This document shows positions 16,971-26,500 of a stretch of DNA of 55,665 bases, piece after piece (positions within the stretch are counted from its first letter, which is position 1; each line of letters starts with the position of its first letter). The notes under the pieces were generated by a model. That model saw only the letters and a program-made list of their open reading frames with translations, did not search any database and was not told where the DNA came from. This DNA is from a virus (Duplodnaviria; Caudoviricetes). The DNA is taken from positions 1-55,665 of IMG/VR virus record IMGVR_UViG_3300020156_000035; one strand, 5' to 3'. Made by a program: the position numbers and the translations under genes.

Positions 16971-17189
16971 TTAGCTCCCCTCCGCCATCCATGCGCTGGC
17001 GGCGCGGTACAGGTCCATCGGCTGTGCAGGTTGCAGCTGGTCTTCGCTGTACCGCTGCATCCCGGTTCCGCCCACGATCACCCGGTACTCGTTGCCGGCG
17101 CGGGTGTGTTCGCGGCTGTAGACGTAGCCGGGGCCGCGCGGGGTGGTCACCGGCTGGCGCAGGCTGTAGGCAAAATCGGTCACGTTCAT
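16971..17189 (-). CDS. Hypothetical SH3/KOW-like protein
   Basis: GGAGG RBS; VTTPRGPGYV...YRV...YSEDQL. Confidence 0.6.
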   Translation of the reverse strand: MNVTDFAYSLRQPVTTPRGPGYVYSREHTRAGNEYRVIVGGTGMQRYSEDQLQPAQPMDLYRAASAWMAEGS

Positions 17190-17198
17190 CGGTCCTCC

Positions 17199-18029
17199 CT
17201 AGTCATGCACCGGGGACCAGCCCCAGCGCAGCTCGTAGCGTTTGATTACCTCATCATCCAGCGGGGCAGTGGTGACCACCCAGGTATGCGGGACCGCTTC
17301 AGTCCAGTTCGCGCTGCCTATCGGCGTGTGAACAAAGATCGGCTCATGGGGGATGGTCGCCCAAAGCCCATCAATCGGGCGGTTGAAGCTGCCGTAAACG
17401 TGTTTGTGGTGGCGGTGTTCCATCTGCCATGCACACGTGCCGATGACGTGGCGGGCCTGGTGGCGTAGTTTCAGCAGTAGGTCGGCCCCGCACGCCTCGA
17501 AAAATTCATCAATGCGCCAGGTATCATCCGCCGTCATGCAGCCCTTGTTGGGCAGCTTCTGCGCGGCGGATAAGTCCAGCAGGAAGGGTTTGTAGTGCCG
17601 CCCCTCCGGGTCAACCGCCAGGGTGAGCGGGTCGTTGATCTCCCAGCCCGCGCGGTTCATTTCGCGCACCGCGTTTTCGATATACAGCAGGTTGTCCAGG
17701 TTGAGGTGATCGTAATCAATGTCACCGGGGATGGTCAGACACTTGTTACGCACCAAAAAGCGCCGCCCGTTGATCTCCTCCACGCGCCAGTTGCGGGGAA
17801 AGCCGGGCTTGCCGGCCAGTTCTTCCAGGCATTCGGCTTCCTGCGTGGGGTAGTGGCATTCGGCGTTGGCAAATGGCCGACCGTCCAGCGGCTTGTAGAC
17901 TTCGTTGTTCCACAACCAAGCGCCGCCGGTGTGTACCCCGTCCGGCAGTCCATCGGGCCGCGTGCCGGTCAGCCGCACCGCGTCAGGGTGGGGTGATACA
18001 TCGCGGATAGACAGCGGTAATTCGTTCAT
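17199..18029 (-). CDS. Hypothetical protein with possible protein-kinase-like fold
   Basis: Order TGGAW..VYK, EAECL, EMNRAGWEIND, FLLDLS resembles kinase subdomains I-II, III, VIb and VII. Confidence 0.5.
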   Translation of the reverse strand: MNELPLSIRDVSPHPDAVRLTGTRPDGLPDGVHTGGAWLWNNEVYKPLDGRPFANAECHYPTQEAECLEELAGKPGFPRNWRVEEINGRRFLVRNKCLTIPGDIDYDHLNLDNLLYIENAVREMNRAGWEINDPLTLAVDPEGRHYKPFLLDLSAAQKLPNKGCMTADDTWRIDEFFEACGADLLLKLRHQARHVIGTCAWQMEHRHHKHVYGSFNRPIDGLWATIPHEPIFVHTPIGSANWTEAVPHTWVVTTAPLDDEVIKRYELRWGWSPVHD

Positions 18030-18190
18030 TCGTCCTCCCTAAAATAGCGCCACCTGAACCGGCGCGCCTTGCTCATGGCTCGTTTGAGGTATTTCCGCCA
18101 GTTGCGCGTGTACTGGTTGGGGCAGCGGTTGCGCTTCGCCCACTGGTACTCGCTGCGCAGGGCGGATTGTTTGCGCGTCTGTGGTTTCAT
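18026..18190 (-). CDS. 54-aa Arg-rich peptide similar to 53722-53886
   Basis: MKP...KYLKRAMSKARR..W; overlapped by another frame, so uncertain. Confidence 0.45.
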   Translation of the reverse strand: MKPQTRKQSALRSEYQWAKRNRCPNQYTRNWRKYLKRAMSKARRFRWRYFREDE

Positions 18191-18413
18191 CTCGCACCGT
18201 CCATTGGCTAACGATCCGCGCGGTGTATTCGCCCGTGTAGGCCACCACGCAGCCCCGGAAGGGGTGAACGCGCTGCGCCTCGCCGGGTTCCACTTCCAGC
18301 AGGTAGCGGTAGGTCCCCTCACCGATACATTGGAAGCGGCCCCAGGTGCGCCAGTTGTCGGCGGTGACTTCCACCAGGTCGTCAGGATGCGCGGGTTTGT
18401 TCGTCCAGTTCAT
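18039..18413 (-). CDS. Hypothetical protein
   Basis: RBS plus ATG at 18413. Confidence 0.5.
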   Translation of the reverse strand: MNWTNKPAHPDDLVEVTADNWRTWGRFQCIGEGTYRYLLEVEPGEAQRVHPFRGCVVAYTGEYTARIVSQWTVRDETTDAQTIRPAQRVPVGEAQPLPQPVHAQLAEIPQTSHEQGAPVQVALF

Positions 18414-18558
18414 AAGTCCATCCTCGCACCTTGTCGGGCGTGTAGTAATGCCCGCCCAGGCGGTAGCTGCGCAGCACCGGGGAGTAGTCACCGATCCCGG
18501 TGCGCCCGTTGGTCAGGGTGATGCGGATGCGTGCGTAAGGCTTTGGCGTGCTGGTCAT
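18382..18558 (-). CDS. Hypothetical protein
   Basis: GGAGG RBS; MTSTPKPYARIRI. Confidence 0.5.
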   Translation of the reverse strand: MTSTPKPYARIRITLTNGRTGIGDYSPVLRSYRLGGHYYTPDKVRGWTYELDEQTRAS

Positions 18559-18613
18559 GGCATCCTCCAATGTCGAGCCGGGGCCGTGATGACCCCGGCT
18601 CGGGGTGGGTGGG

Positions 18614-19678
18614 TTAGGCGGGTTGCGCCTGTTTTGCTTGCCAGTGGGCGTTGAGCTTTTCCACAACCTGCTCGGGCGCGGTGTCTTGCGGCAGCGCCCA
18701 TTCTTGCAGCAGGTTGTCAATCTCGTACTGGTTCATGCGCTGGTAAGCCATGCACAGCCGCGCCCAAGGTGCGGGATATTTGTTCTTGCCGATCTTAGCC
18801 AGGGAGCCGGTATAGGTTACCGGCGCGCCGCCCTGCGCTGGCTGTTCCACCTTCGTTTCGGCGGGCTTGCTGTCGGCAGGTGCGGCGGCTTTCGGCGCGG
18901 GCGTCGTGGTGGTCGGCTGCGTGGTTGCGGGCGGTTCCTCGCGGTGTTCCGGCTTGCCTTCATCCCCGGACTCGGCCCAGGCTTTGAGCTTTTTGCCTAA
19001 CGCCTCGGTCAGTTCCACCGGGCGCATATCCGGCAGCATGGAGCCGCGTTTGGTGATGATGTCGGCCATGTGGCTGTTGCGTTCGATCTCCACCGCAAAG
19101 AGGAAGTCGTATTCTGTACCAGGGCGGGCGATGTTCTCCATCCCCAGGCGGGCGACTTCGGTTTTCTTGCGCCCGTTTTCCTCCACCTCGTTTACCGCGA
19201 CTTTGGTTTTCTGCCGGAAGGTGGCGATAATGTGCGCCCGCTTCTGTTCCACCATCGTCTTGATAAATTCCGCATGGCGCGGGTTGACCTTGTTCCAGTT
19301 GACCGCGCTGTTACCGGGCATGGCGTCATGGAGTTCCAGGATGCCGCCGGGACCGGCCCACTCGTCGCTGGCGCTGTCGATAATCACCACTTCCGCGCCA
19401 AAGTCCAGGGCAGCGTTGATTGCCTCAATGAACCGCTCCGGTGAGTACGGTTTGGGGAAGGGGATGTGGCTGAACTTGCCGATTTTGTGCGAGGTATCCC
19501 CGGCGTACACCAGACTGTCATCAATGTTGGTATCAATGACGACAATCTTTTTCCAATCGCCGCACAGCCCGTAAGCCACGCGCAGCGCGCCCAAGGTCTT
19601 GCCGCTGCCGGATGGACCGGCGATAGACATACGCAGTTTTAGGGCCTTTTTGACGGCCTCTTGTACGATGAAACCCAT
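18614..19678 (-). CDS. Sak4-like AAA ATPase (phage recombinase)
   Basis: GPSGSGKT, IVVIDT, VIIDSAS, EYDF; low-complexity C-terminal linker. Confidence 0.85.
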   Translation of the reverse strand: MGFIVQEAVKKALKLRMSIAGPSGSGKTLGALRVAYGLCGDWKKIVVIDTNIDDSLVYAGDTSHKIGKFSHIPFPKPYSPERFIEAINAALDFGAEVVIIDSASDEWAGPGGILELHDAMPGNSAVNWNKVNPRHAEFIKTMVEQKRAHIIATFRQKTKVAVNEVEENGRKKTEVARLGMENIARPGTEYDFLFAVEIERNSHMADIITKRGSMLPDMRPVELTEALGKKLKAWAESGDEGKPEHREEPPATTQPTTTTPAPKAAAPADSKPAETKVEQPAQGGAPVTYTGSLAKIGKNKYPAPWARLCMAYQRMNQYEIDNLLQEWALPQDTAPEQVVEKLNAHWQAKQAQPA

Positions 19679-19679
19679 G

Positions 19680-19871
19680 TTACCCTCTCGTTTCCTGTTC
19701 GATCTCGCGCTCCGCGTCCTTGGCGTAGAGCGTGGTGTAGCCGCAGTGGTGGCAGTCGTGGCGCGTGCCGCCGGTCTGCCAATCGCGGTGCGGTGTCAGT
19801 GGTTCGCCGCAGGTCGGGCAGGTCGGCCCGCTCTGCTGTTTCGGTTTCGGTTTTGATTTGAACCATCCCAT
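19680..19871 (-). CDS. Small Zn-ribbon protein
   Basis: CPTCGE...CHHCGY. Confidence 0.65.
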   Translation of the reverse strand: MGWFKSKPKPKQQSGPTCPTCGEPLTPHRDWQTGGTRHDCHHCGYTTLYAKDAEREIEQETRG

Positions 19872-20338
19872 AGAATTCCTCCCCAGACGTGTGATTGTGT
19901 TGGCGCGGGGTGTGGTGTTTGGGCGGCTGGGGTAGTTGCTATTTTTTCAATCGACTATGACCGTCACCAGAGCGTGTAAAGTCGAAAGACAGCACGGTAC
20001 TCTGATTGACCGACAATACAAAAAATCCCCGCCGCCCAATTCCCTACCACCTCCCCGTGTTAGATTGCCGTATCGGGCATGGGCAAAATGCCCGGTATTG
20101 CCATTCGTGCGCGGTGTGCGGTTAGACGCTTTGTCCTGTCCCCGTGATGATGATGGACGAGCGTTGATGGCTGCCGCCCCGCCGCGCAGATGCCCCAACC
20201 GGCGCGCGTGTTTGCGCCGTGCGGTGTAGTAAATATCGTTTCTGGTCGTCAAGCGGTGACGACATGAATATGCTTCCGGTTGGGGGAGAGGGGCGGCGGG
20301 ATGCGGTCCCCGCCTTACGCACTTGCCCGCCGGTGGTG

Positions 20339-20596
20339 CTAGTCGCTCATATCAGTGTGGTACAGGTGTTTGCACTCGTCGCAAATGGTGATGACATCGG
20401 TTGCCCGATAGCGGAACAGCGAGTTGTCGTGTTCGCGGGTTTTGTGTCCGGCTTCACGGCAGGCAATAAGTTCAGGTTCGTCGCCGTTCTTTTGCCAACC
20501 CAGGTCTTTGTAACCCGGAATGTAAAATTGATGCACGTGGTCCGGGTTGCGGTCAGGCTCACGCCTTTGGTAAGTTGAGTAACGGTTGCGGTACAT
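20339..20596 (-). CDS. Small Cys/His protein
   Basis: GGAGG RBS; C...GH...CDEC. Confidence 0.6.
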   Translation of the reverse strand: MYRNRYSTYQRREPDRNPDHVHQFYIPGYKDLGWQKNGDEPELIACREAGHKTREHDNSLFRYRATDVITICDECKHLYHTDMSD

Positions 20597-20923
20597 ATTC
20601 CCTCCAATCGTAGATTTCCAACAATGGGGCGGCGGGGCTTGCATCCCGCTTACGCTGTCACCAGCCGCCCGCGTAATCTCGTTTGTTATCGTTCGTTGTA
20701 CCGTCGCGGCAGGATTGCCGGCGTTGTTTGGTTACGCAGTTCCCTTGGAGGCGGTTGCATCCTCGTCCATTCGTGCGGGCGTTACGCACTTTGCCGGTTC
20801 CTGGTTCACCCGGCGGGAGCTTTGTGTTTGTTCTGCCTCAGCGGTACTCCGCTGATCGTCGGTCGCTTGTTCGACCTCTGCCGCCGCAGTCCGTAGACAC
20901 CGGCGGGAGAGAACGGGCAAACG

Positions 20924-21127
20924 TTATTCGCAGCTTTCCTGCCGTACCACGGTCACGGTCACAAAGCGCACGTGCGTACCGTAGCCGGCGGGCTGGTAGC
21001 GTTCGGTCAGTTCCTTGACGGCGGCGGTCACAGCTTCCAGGCTGTGGCCGGTAATGGTGTATTCCACGTCGCTGCCGATATTGCTCTGGCGGGTGATGAC
21101 GTTGTTTTTGGTCTGGGTGGTATCCAT
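20924..21127 (-). CDS. Hypothetical protein
   Basis: ORF in the early-left operon. Confidence 0.55.
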   Translation of the reverse strand: MDTTQTKNNVITRQSNIGSDVEYTITGHSLEAVTAAVKELTERYQPAGYGTHVRFVTVTVVRQESCE

Positions 21128-21211
21128 CGGGTTGCCTTTGTGGTAAACTATCAGAAGATTGTGTTGGATTTGGTCGTCTGGAATTTTCCCCATTCCAGAC
21201 GACCTTTGCGT

Positions 21212-21556
21212 TTAATAAATCAGTTCCGCTTCAAACCCGCCGCCGTACACGCCGTCAACGGTCTGGCACTCGTCGCTGTCCAGCAGTTCGGCGCGCTTGA
21301 GCTGCACCTGCGCTTCCAGCCCGGCGATCATCGCGGCGTTGGAGTAGGGCAGCGGCCAGGCCTTTGTCATCGCCGCCTGAAACTCGGCGTGGTTGTCGCC
21401 GCACAGCGCGCGCAGTTCATTGGTCAGGTCGCGGATTTTGATGATGTAGTCGGCGTTGTGGTTTTGCTCGATCACGGCCTGCGCGCGGGCGTGCGCGGCA
21501 CTGACGGCGCGGCGGGTGCGAGGGTAGGCGTAGGGGGTAAGGGGTTCGGTTTGCAT
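21212..21556 (-). CDS. Hypothetical protein, first gene of the leftward early operon
   Basis: AAGGA RBS downstream of the leftward promoter. Confidence 0.6.
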   Translation of the reverse strand: MQTEPLTPYAYPRTRRAVSAAHARAQAVIEQNHNADYIIKIRDLTNELRALCGDNHAEFQAAMTKAWPLPYSNAAMIAGLEAQVQLKRAELLDSDECQTVDGVYGGGFEAELIY

Positions 21557-21636
21557 GGCGGTCCTTTCGGTGGGGGTGGTTGATGTGATTGCGATTGAAT
21601 TGTTTTATATCAATATCACCATTCAATTACAGTTAC

Positions 21637-21664
21637 AGTATAACACATGTAACATGAATTACAA
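21637..21664 (-). promoter_or_regulatory. Leftward early promoter (PL-like)
   Basis: TTGTAA-16-TATACT with extended -10 TG. Confidence 0.6.
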
Positions 21665-21712
21665 GAGGCAATATTCGATTTCTGCTAACGAATTTTTGGG
21701 GTTATAAGGAAA

Positions 21713-21747
21713 TGAAAAGACCAGCCCGGTGCGTGGCTGGTCTTTTC
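21713..21747. terminator. Bidirectional terminator ending the repressor operon
   Basis: GAAAAGACCAGCC/GGCTGGTCTTTTC. Confidence 0.75.
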
Positions 21748-21779
21748 TCTTGCTAAAATGTGGGTTGTATTGAGGGGGA

Positions 21780-22103
21780 TTATGTACCCACCAGGATTGC
21801 CAAAATAAGCAGCGCAACTACTGCACCGCCGATCAATAAATCAAACCCCGGAAAAACCCTGTTTGTGACGTGCATAAAGACAAACAGCGCCAAGACGAGC
21901 ACCAATGCAACACCGATGCCAAGCAAAATCCCCCGCTTGTTTTTCATACGTGCCCCCGAGAGCCTTTTGCGCCACCATTGTATTTTCGACCAACTGTTAC
22001 ATTCTGATTGTATCATAGTCAGCCAGAAATCAAGCTCCTCGTCTGTGATGCGTTTTTCGTCCTGGTGGCCCATAATGCCTCTCTCGGTCGGCTCGATATC
22101 CAT
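21780..22103 (-). CDS. Two-TM membrane protein beside the repressor (possible superinfection exclusion; start uncertain)
   Basis: Hydrophobic C-terminal half; own promoter TTGAAA-17-TATGAT at 22161-22189. Confidence 0.55.
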   Translation of the reverse strand: MDIEPTERGIMGHQDEKRITDEELDFWLTMIQSECNSWSKIQWWRKRLSGARMKNKRGILLGIGVALVLVLALFVFMHVTNRVFPGFDLLIGGAVVALLILAILVGT

Positions 22104-22241
22104 AAATGCGCCCCCCGCGCTAGAAATTATTTTCTATAATTGTGGGAAAGTTTCAGTTTCATCATAACATAGTGAAAGCTCCATTTCAATACGTGATTAT
22201 TATCACATTATACAATTCACAATACCTTTATGATAATTTTA

Positions 22242-22652
22242 CTATGCCCAAGAATTTACCAGAGATTTACCGGTTTCGTCGTTGTTTGCCAAGATATTCA
22301 TAATCTTGCGGCGTTCTGCTGGCTCTGTGTCGGGCAGCCGCACCAGGATTTCCCACAGGTCTTCCGGTACAGCGTTGAAACCCCAGATGCGCAAAGGTTC
22401 GGTGTCGCGTAATTGAATAGCTATTCTTAAGACGTTGATGTCGCTGATTGGGTTCCGCATATTTTTCCAGCGGTTGAAGGACTCGTAGCTGATGCTAAGG
22501 CGCTTTGCGCAGTAGTCCTTTTCGGTTGGCTCGTCCCATACCTGGCGGCCCTCGGCAGCGGCGTGTTCTCTCAACTCCCGCTTCCAGTTATGGAAGTCCT
22601 GGTTGAGATATGTCATCAACCTTCCCATCTTTGCTTTTTCCGTGTCGTTCAT
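22242..22652 (-). CDS. XRE-family HTH repressor (CI-like, no protease domain)
   Basis: CAKRLSISYESFNRWKNMRNPIS; divergent position. Confidence 0.7.
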   Translation of the reverse strand: MNDTEKAKMGRLMTYLNQDFHNWKRELREHAAAEGRQVWDEPTEKDYCAKRLSISYESFNRWKNMRNPISDINVLRIAIQLRDTEPLRIWGFNAVPEDLWEILVRLPDTEPAERRKIMNILANNDETGKSLVNSWA

Positions 22653-22717
22653 TCCCTGCCTCCTAGTGATTTACCCCGTGGGGGATAAGTTACACAATCC
22701 CAAATTCCCTCATAAAG

Positions 22718-22830
22718 ATTATAACGCAAGTAATAATGCAATTCAATTCCCATTTCACGACAAAATAATTGTGATCCTGAGAAATTGGTGGGAAATGGTG
22801 ATTGTATTTATACATTCCCGGTGTTATACT
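22718..22830. promoter_or_regulatory. Divergent lysis/lysogeny promoters
   Basis: Minus strand TTGAAT-17-TATAAT (22718-22746); plus strand TTGTAT-17-TATACT (22802-22830). Confidence 0.75.
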
Positions 22831-22909
22831 ATTGTTGAATGATACAACAGTAATATCACGGCGATATGACGCCATGAAATTATCGTAACACCATACAGGG
22901 GAGAGGCAG

Positions 22910-23212
22910 GTGGAGATGAGCGAGGAACAGGAAAGCCCCATCAAGCGGGCGGTACGGGTAGAGACTGACAAGCTGATTGAGACAATCGGTTCTGGGGCCA
23001 GGGTCATCGAGGAAATCAACGTCCTGCACGGACGGCAGGCATTCAAGACCCCGGCAATGCTCTATCAGTACCGCGCTGGCTTGCGCGATCCAAGCAGTTA
23101 CTTTTTGTGGTTTATCTGGAAGCGCGCTGCTGAAAATCACCCGCTGCGCGGATGGGCCTACAACATTTTACAGGCTATGAACGAAATAGGCGAGGGTTTG
23201 CCGTTGGAGTAG
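22910..23212 (+). CDS. Cro-like regulator
   Basis: First gene after the rightward promoter; TPAMLYQYRAGLRDPS is HTH-like. Confidence 0.5.
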   Translation: MEMSEEQESPIKRAVRVETDKLIETIGSGARVIEEINVLHGRQAFKTPAMLYQYRAGLRDPSSYFLWFIWKRAAENHPLRGWAYNILQAMNEIGEGLPLE

Positions 23213-23483
23213 CCATGCACCTGGTTTTGTTAGCTGGTAGTGATCCGATGTCTACGGGAGCAAGTTTACTGTTAGGGGCAATGATTGTTCTGGCGATAAT
23301 CGCGGCCATCGGGCTTTTCTCCGGTGGTGGTGGGAGGAGAGGGTAGGGGATATGGAACAGTTTGGCGCGGGTGCGCAGTTTATGGTGATTTTCTTCGGCG
23401 CGTTTGCGCTGGCGATGCTGCTGGTGCTGGCCTGGAAAAGCGGTTGGCTCCGGCGGGGGAAGTAAGGGAGAGCGGGAGGGGAT

Positions 23484-24965
23484 ATGGTAGCAACCGCACA
23501 ACGCACGAACACAAAATACACGGTAGCACCCGACCCAGGTACGGGGCTGATCAACCCGGTGACCGTCTCGGAGATGGTCGCGGCCTATAACAAAGCCATC
23601 CGGTTGCTGGAAGACGGTTACCAGGCTTTGCGCGATGCCCAGGACGTGATGACCGGCGGCTTTGGCAAGGACAACCGCTTTTCGGTGACCGACCGGGACA
23701 GCATCGACAACGCGCATGTTACGACGATCAAGCGCAAAATTCACCGGCAGGTGTGGCGGGCGATCCTGGACAAGATGGATGTTTGGAAAGTGCTCTCGCT
23801 CAAACGCGCCGACGAACTGCGCGACCGGCTGGAAAAGGGCGAGCTGCCGCCGGTCACTGAGGAAGAAATCTTTACCATGTTTGAGGCGATGAGCCAGAAC
23901 GCGCCGGACTTCGCCAAAGAATTTGCCCTAGAAGTCTACGAATGGCTGACCCCCGGCAACAAGAGTAACAGCCGTTGGGAGGCGGAGTACGTCACCAACA
24001 AACGCAACGCGCGGGATGAACTGGGCAAGAAGGTCATTTTGGGCTGGATGATTGAAAATCAATCCGCGTGGAGCAGCCAGCCGTTTAGTACCAACTACCG
24101 CAATCACGACAAGCTGGCCGCGCTTGATCGCCTGTTTTGCCTGCTGGACGGCAAGCCCGCGCCCGAGGTCAACACCTACCAGAGTCCACTGGTGGCCGCT
24201 ATCAACACTGTAGACAGTGGCGGGTACGGCGAAACGGAGTATTTCAAATTCCGTGCCTGTCAGAATGGCAACCTGCACATTGAGTTCAAGCGCCTGGACC
24301 TGGTGCAAAAGCTCAATGAGATTGCCGGGAACCCAACCGCGCTTCGGCAAAAGAAGCACAAAACCCAACGCGGCGACCATACCGAAGTGAACGTACCCAA
24401 TAGCCCCGAGAAAGAGGAGGAGCGACGGGAGGAAGCCTTTTACCATACCCCCGCTGCCGTGGCTGCCCGGATGCTCAAACTCGTCCCGCCGCCAACAACA
24501 CTGGATCAGGCCAAAATGCGGATACTCGAGCCGTCCGCCGGGGAAGGTCACATCGCGGATTGCCTGGTAGCGGCGGGCGTGAACAAGAAGCAAATCACCT
24601 GCATTGAAAAGAACTATGACCGGGTGGGGGTGCTGCTGCGCAAGGGCTACCGCGTTTGGGATATTGACTTCCTCAAATGGGACAAGGGCGGCTGGAATTA
24701 CATCTACATGAACCCGCCGTTCAACCAGGGCCAGAGCCGCCTGCACGTGATGCACGCCTACAAGCTGCTGACCCCCGGCGGGTGGTTGTGCGCGGTAATG
24801 AGCGAGGGCGATTTTACCTCGACCGAAAGCAGCGCGGTGTATTTCCAGAATTGGTTGAAAAACGTGAACGGCAAGAATGAACCGCTGCCGAAATATTCCT
24901 TCCGCGACGCCGGGACAACCTGGGACACGCGGCTGGTGTGGATACAGAAGGGAGCCAACGTATGA
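23484..24965 (+). CDS. DUF4942-like domain fused to an amino (N6A-type) DNA methyltransferase
   Basis: ETEYFKFRACQNGNLHIEFKRLDLV; FYHTP, ILEPSAGEG, IYMNPPF. Confidence 0.85.
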   Translation: MVATAQRTNTKYTVAPDPGTGLINPVTVSEMVAAYNKAIRLLEDGYQALRDAQDVMTGGFGKDNRFSVTDRDSIDNAHVTTIKRKIHRQVWRAILDKMDVWKVLSLKRADELRDRLEKGELPPVTEEEIFTMFEAMSQNAPDFAKEFALEVYEWLTPGNKSNSRWEAEYVTNKRNARDELGKKVILGWMIENQSAWSSQPFSTNYRNHDKLAALDRLFCLLDGKPAPEVNTYQSPLVAAINTVDSGGYGETEYFKFRACQNGNLHIEFKRLDLVQKLNEIAGNPTALRQKKHKTQRGDHTEVNVPNSPEKEEERREEAFYHTPAAVAARMLKLVPPPTTLDQAKMRILEPSAGEGHIADCLVAAGVNKKQITCIEKNYDRVGVLLRKGYRVWDIDFLKWDKGGWNYIYMNPPFNQGQSRLHVMHAYKLLTPGGWLCAVMSEGDFTSTESSAVYFQNWLKNVNGKNEPLPKYSFRDAGTTWDTRLVWIQKGANV

Positions 24966-25079
24966 AAGAAGCCGCGCTGATCACCCTGGCGATTATCCCC
25001 ATTGCCTACGCCATTTACCGCATCGTGCAGGCGGGCGTGTGGGTGGAGTACATCATCAACGACGGGAGGGAACGACCCA

Positions 25080-25331
25080 ATGACTAAACAAATCTACTAC
25101 TTTTTCTCGCACGACTGCGGCCCGTGCAAACAGCTCAAACCGCACCTGAAAGGCGTTCAACTGCCGATCATCGAGCAGGACACCGACACGGTAGCAGGCG
25201 CGGCCCTGGCGCAAGCCCTGGGCGTGGCGGGGCTGCCGACGCTGATCCTGATGGACGGCGAACGCGAGCTGGCGCGGGCAAGCGGTAAGGGTATTGCCGA
25301 CAAGCTGCGGGCGTGGGAGCGTGGCGGGTAG
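25080..25331 (+). CDS. Thioredoxin-like protein
   Basis: CGPC active site; GVAGLPTL. Confidence 0.85.
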   Translation: MTKQIYYFFSHDCGPCKQLKPHLKGVQLPIIEQDTDTVAGAALAQALGVAGLPTLILMDGERELARASGKGIADKLRAWERGG

Positions 25332-25412
25332 GCCGGGAGCATCGCAGCCAGCAACGTGCAACGAATGTATCTTCTGGGTGCAATTGACCCACTACGAGGG
25401 GAGGTTAGGTGA

Positions 25413-25889
25413 ATGTCAGTACAAGGGATGGACGTACACGAAGAAACCGCTGATGATGGCGACCGACAGATGCCTCTGGACACGCCGTTCATCATCGGCG
25501 CGGGCCACCTGCTGCGCATCCTGGACAGGAACAAAACAACCGTGATCCTGGCCGAACGGTGCGTCAACATGCTGCGCGAATACGCGCGCGAGAACGAACG
25601 GCTGCGCAAGCAGCTTGCAGACCTGGCAAAACAAGCCCTGCTTGACATGATGTGCAATTTCAGCGAGGAATGTTACCGCGCCGGGTGGATGGACGGGTTA
25701 GAAATCTCGCTGTGGAAAATCGTGCAGGCGCGCGGCGGACATTACGGGCAAGGGGTGATCACCGGGCGCGAGGCGGAGAAGTTGAAAGAATTGTCGGCGC
25801 TGTGCGGTGGTTGGTGGCATTGGCCGAAGGGCGCTGACTGTCCGCAGTTTATCACGATCAAGGAATGGGAACAGAGAGGGGAGGGATAG
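25413..25889 (+). CDS. Hypothetical phage protein
   Basis: ORF with RBS; SEECYRAGWMDGLE. Confidence 0.6.
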   Translation: MSVQGMDVHEETADDGDRQMPLDTPFIIGAGHLLRILDRNKTTVILAERCVNMLREYARENERLRKQLADLAKQALLDMMCNFSEECYRAGWMDGLEISLWKIVQARGGHYGQGVITGREAEKLKELSALCGGWWHWPKGADCPQFITIKEWEQRGEG

Positions 25890-26014
25890 GGGATGGACGG
25901 ACGCATATTATTCATTTGCATCCTGTTTGGCGTGGCAGTTGTGGCGATTGCGATCGGCCCGCTGCTGGAAATCATCTATCGTAGGGACAAGTAGGCGAGT
26001 GGTAGCGAGGGGAT

Positions 26015-26497
26015 ATGGACGAAAAGAACATCTATCCAATTACACAGGCAGACCACCAGCCAGGAAAAGACTGCTGGTGCCATCCAGTAGTCGAGGTTGG
26101 CGATTACACGGAAATCCACCACCAGACAGCGCGGCAGATTGCCAATCAGCGCGACATTGCCAGCCACAACGCCGAGCGGTGGCAAAAGCTGGCGCAAGAC
26201 TTACAAGCCCAACTTGCGCCGCGCCAATCTCCGAACGTGGGAGAGGCGCATGATACAGAGGGGGTGGGTAATGAGTGTGATATTTCCACTGCTTGCTCGT
26301 TGCTAGACAGCATGGGCGCGGTACAGATGGGCTATCCAGACGTCGATGAAGACGGAAATACTCACAATGTCTGGTGGGTGAAGGTGTACGGCGACTTGGA
26401 CGAGGATGGAGAGGAATTGATTGCGTTTGGTAAAACACTACCAGAGGCAATTGACTGCGCCAATCTTGCGCTGAAACAAAATCGGGAAGGGAACTAA
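26015..26497 (+). CDS. Hypothetical protein
   Basis: H...CWCHP...HH motif. Confidence 0.6.
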   Translation: MDEKNIYPITQADHQPGKDCWCHPVVEVGDYTEIHHQTARQIANQRDIASHNAERWQKLAQDLQAQLAPRQSPNVGEAHDTEGVGNECDISTACSLLDSMGAVQMGYPDVDEDGNTHNVWWVKVYGDLDEDGEELIAFGKTLPEAIDCANLALKQNREGN

Positions 26498-26500
26498 CGC

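Noticed and set aside
20315-20790. Repeated TTACGC motif as nut or operator sites
   Set aside because: It is short, and at least one copy is simply GCG-TAA (Ala-stop) of a minus-strand ORF.
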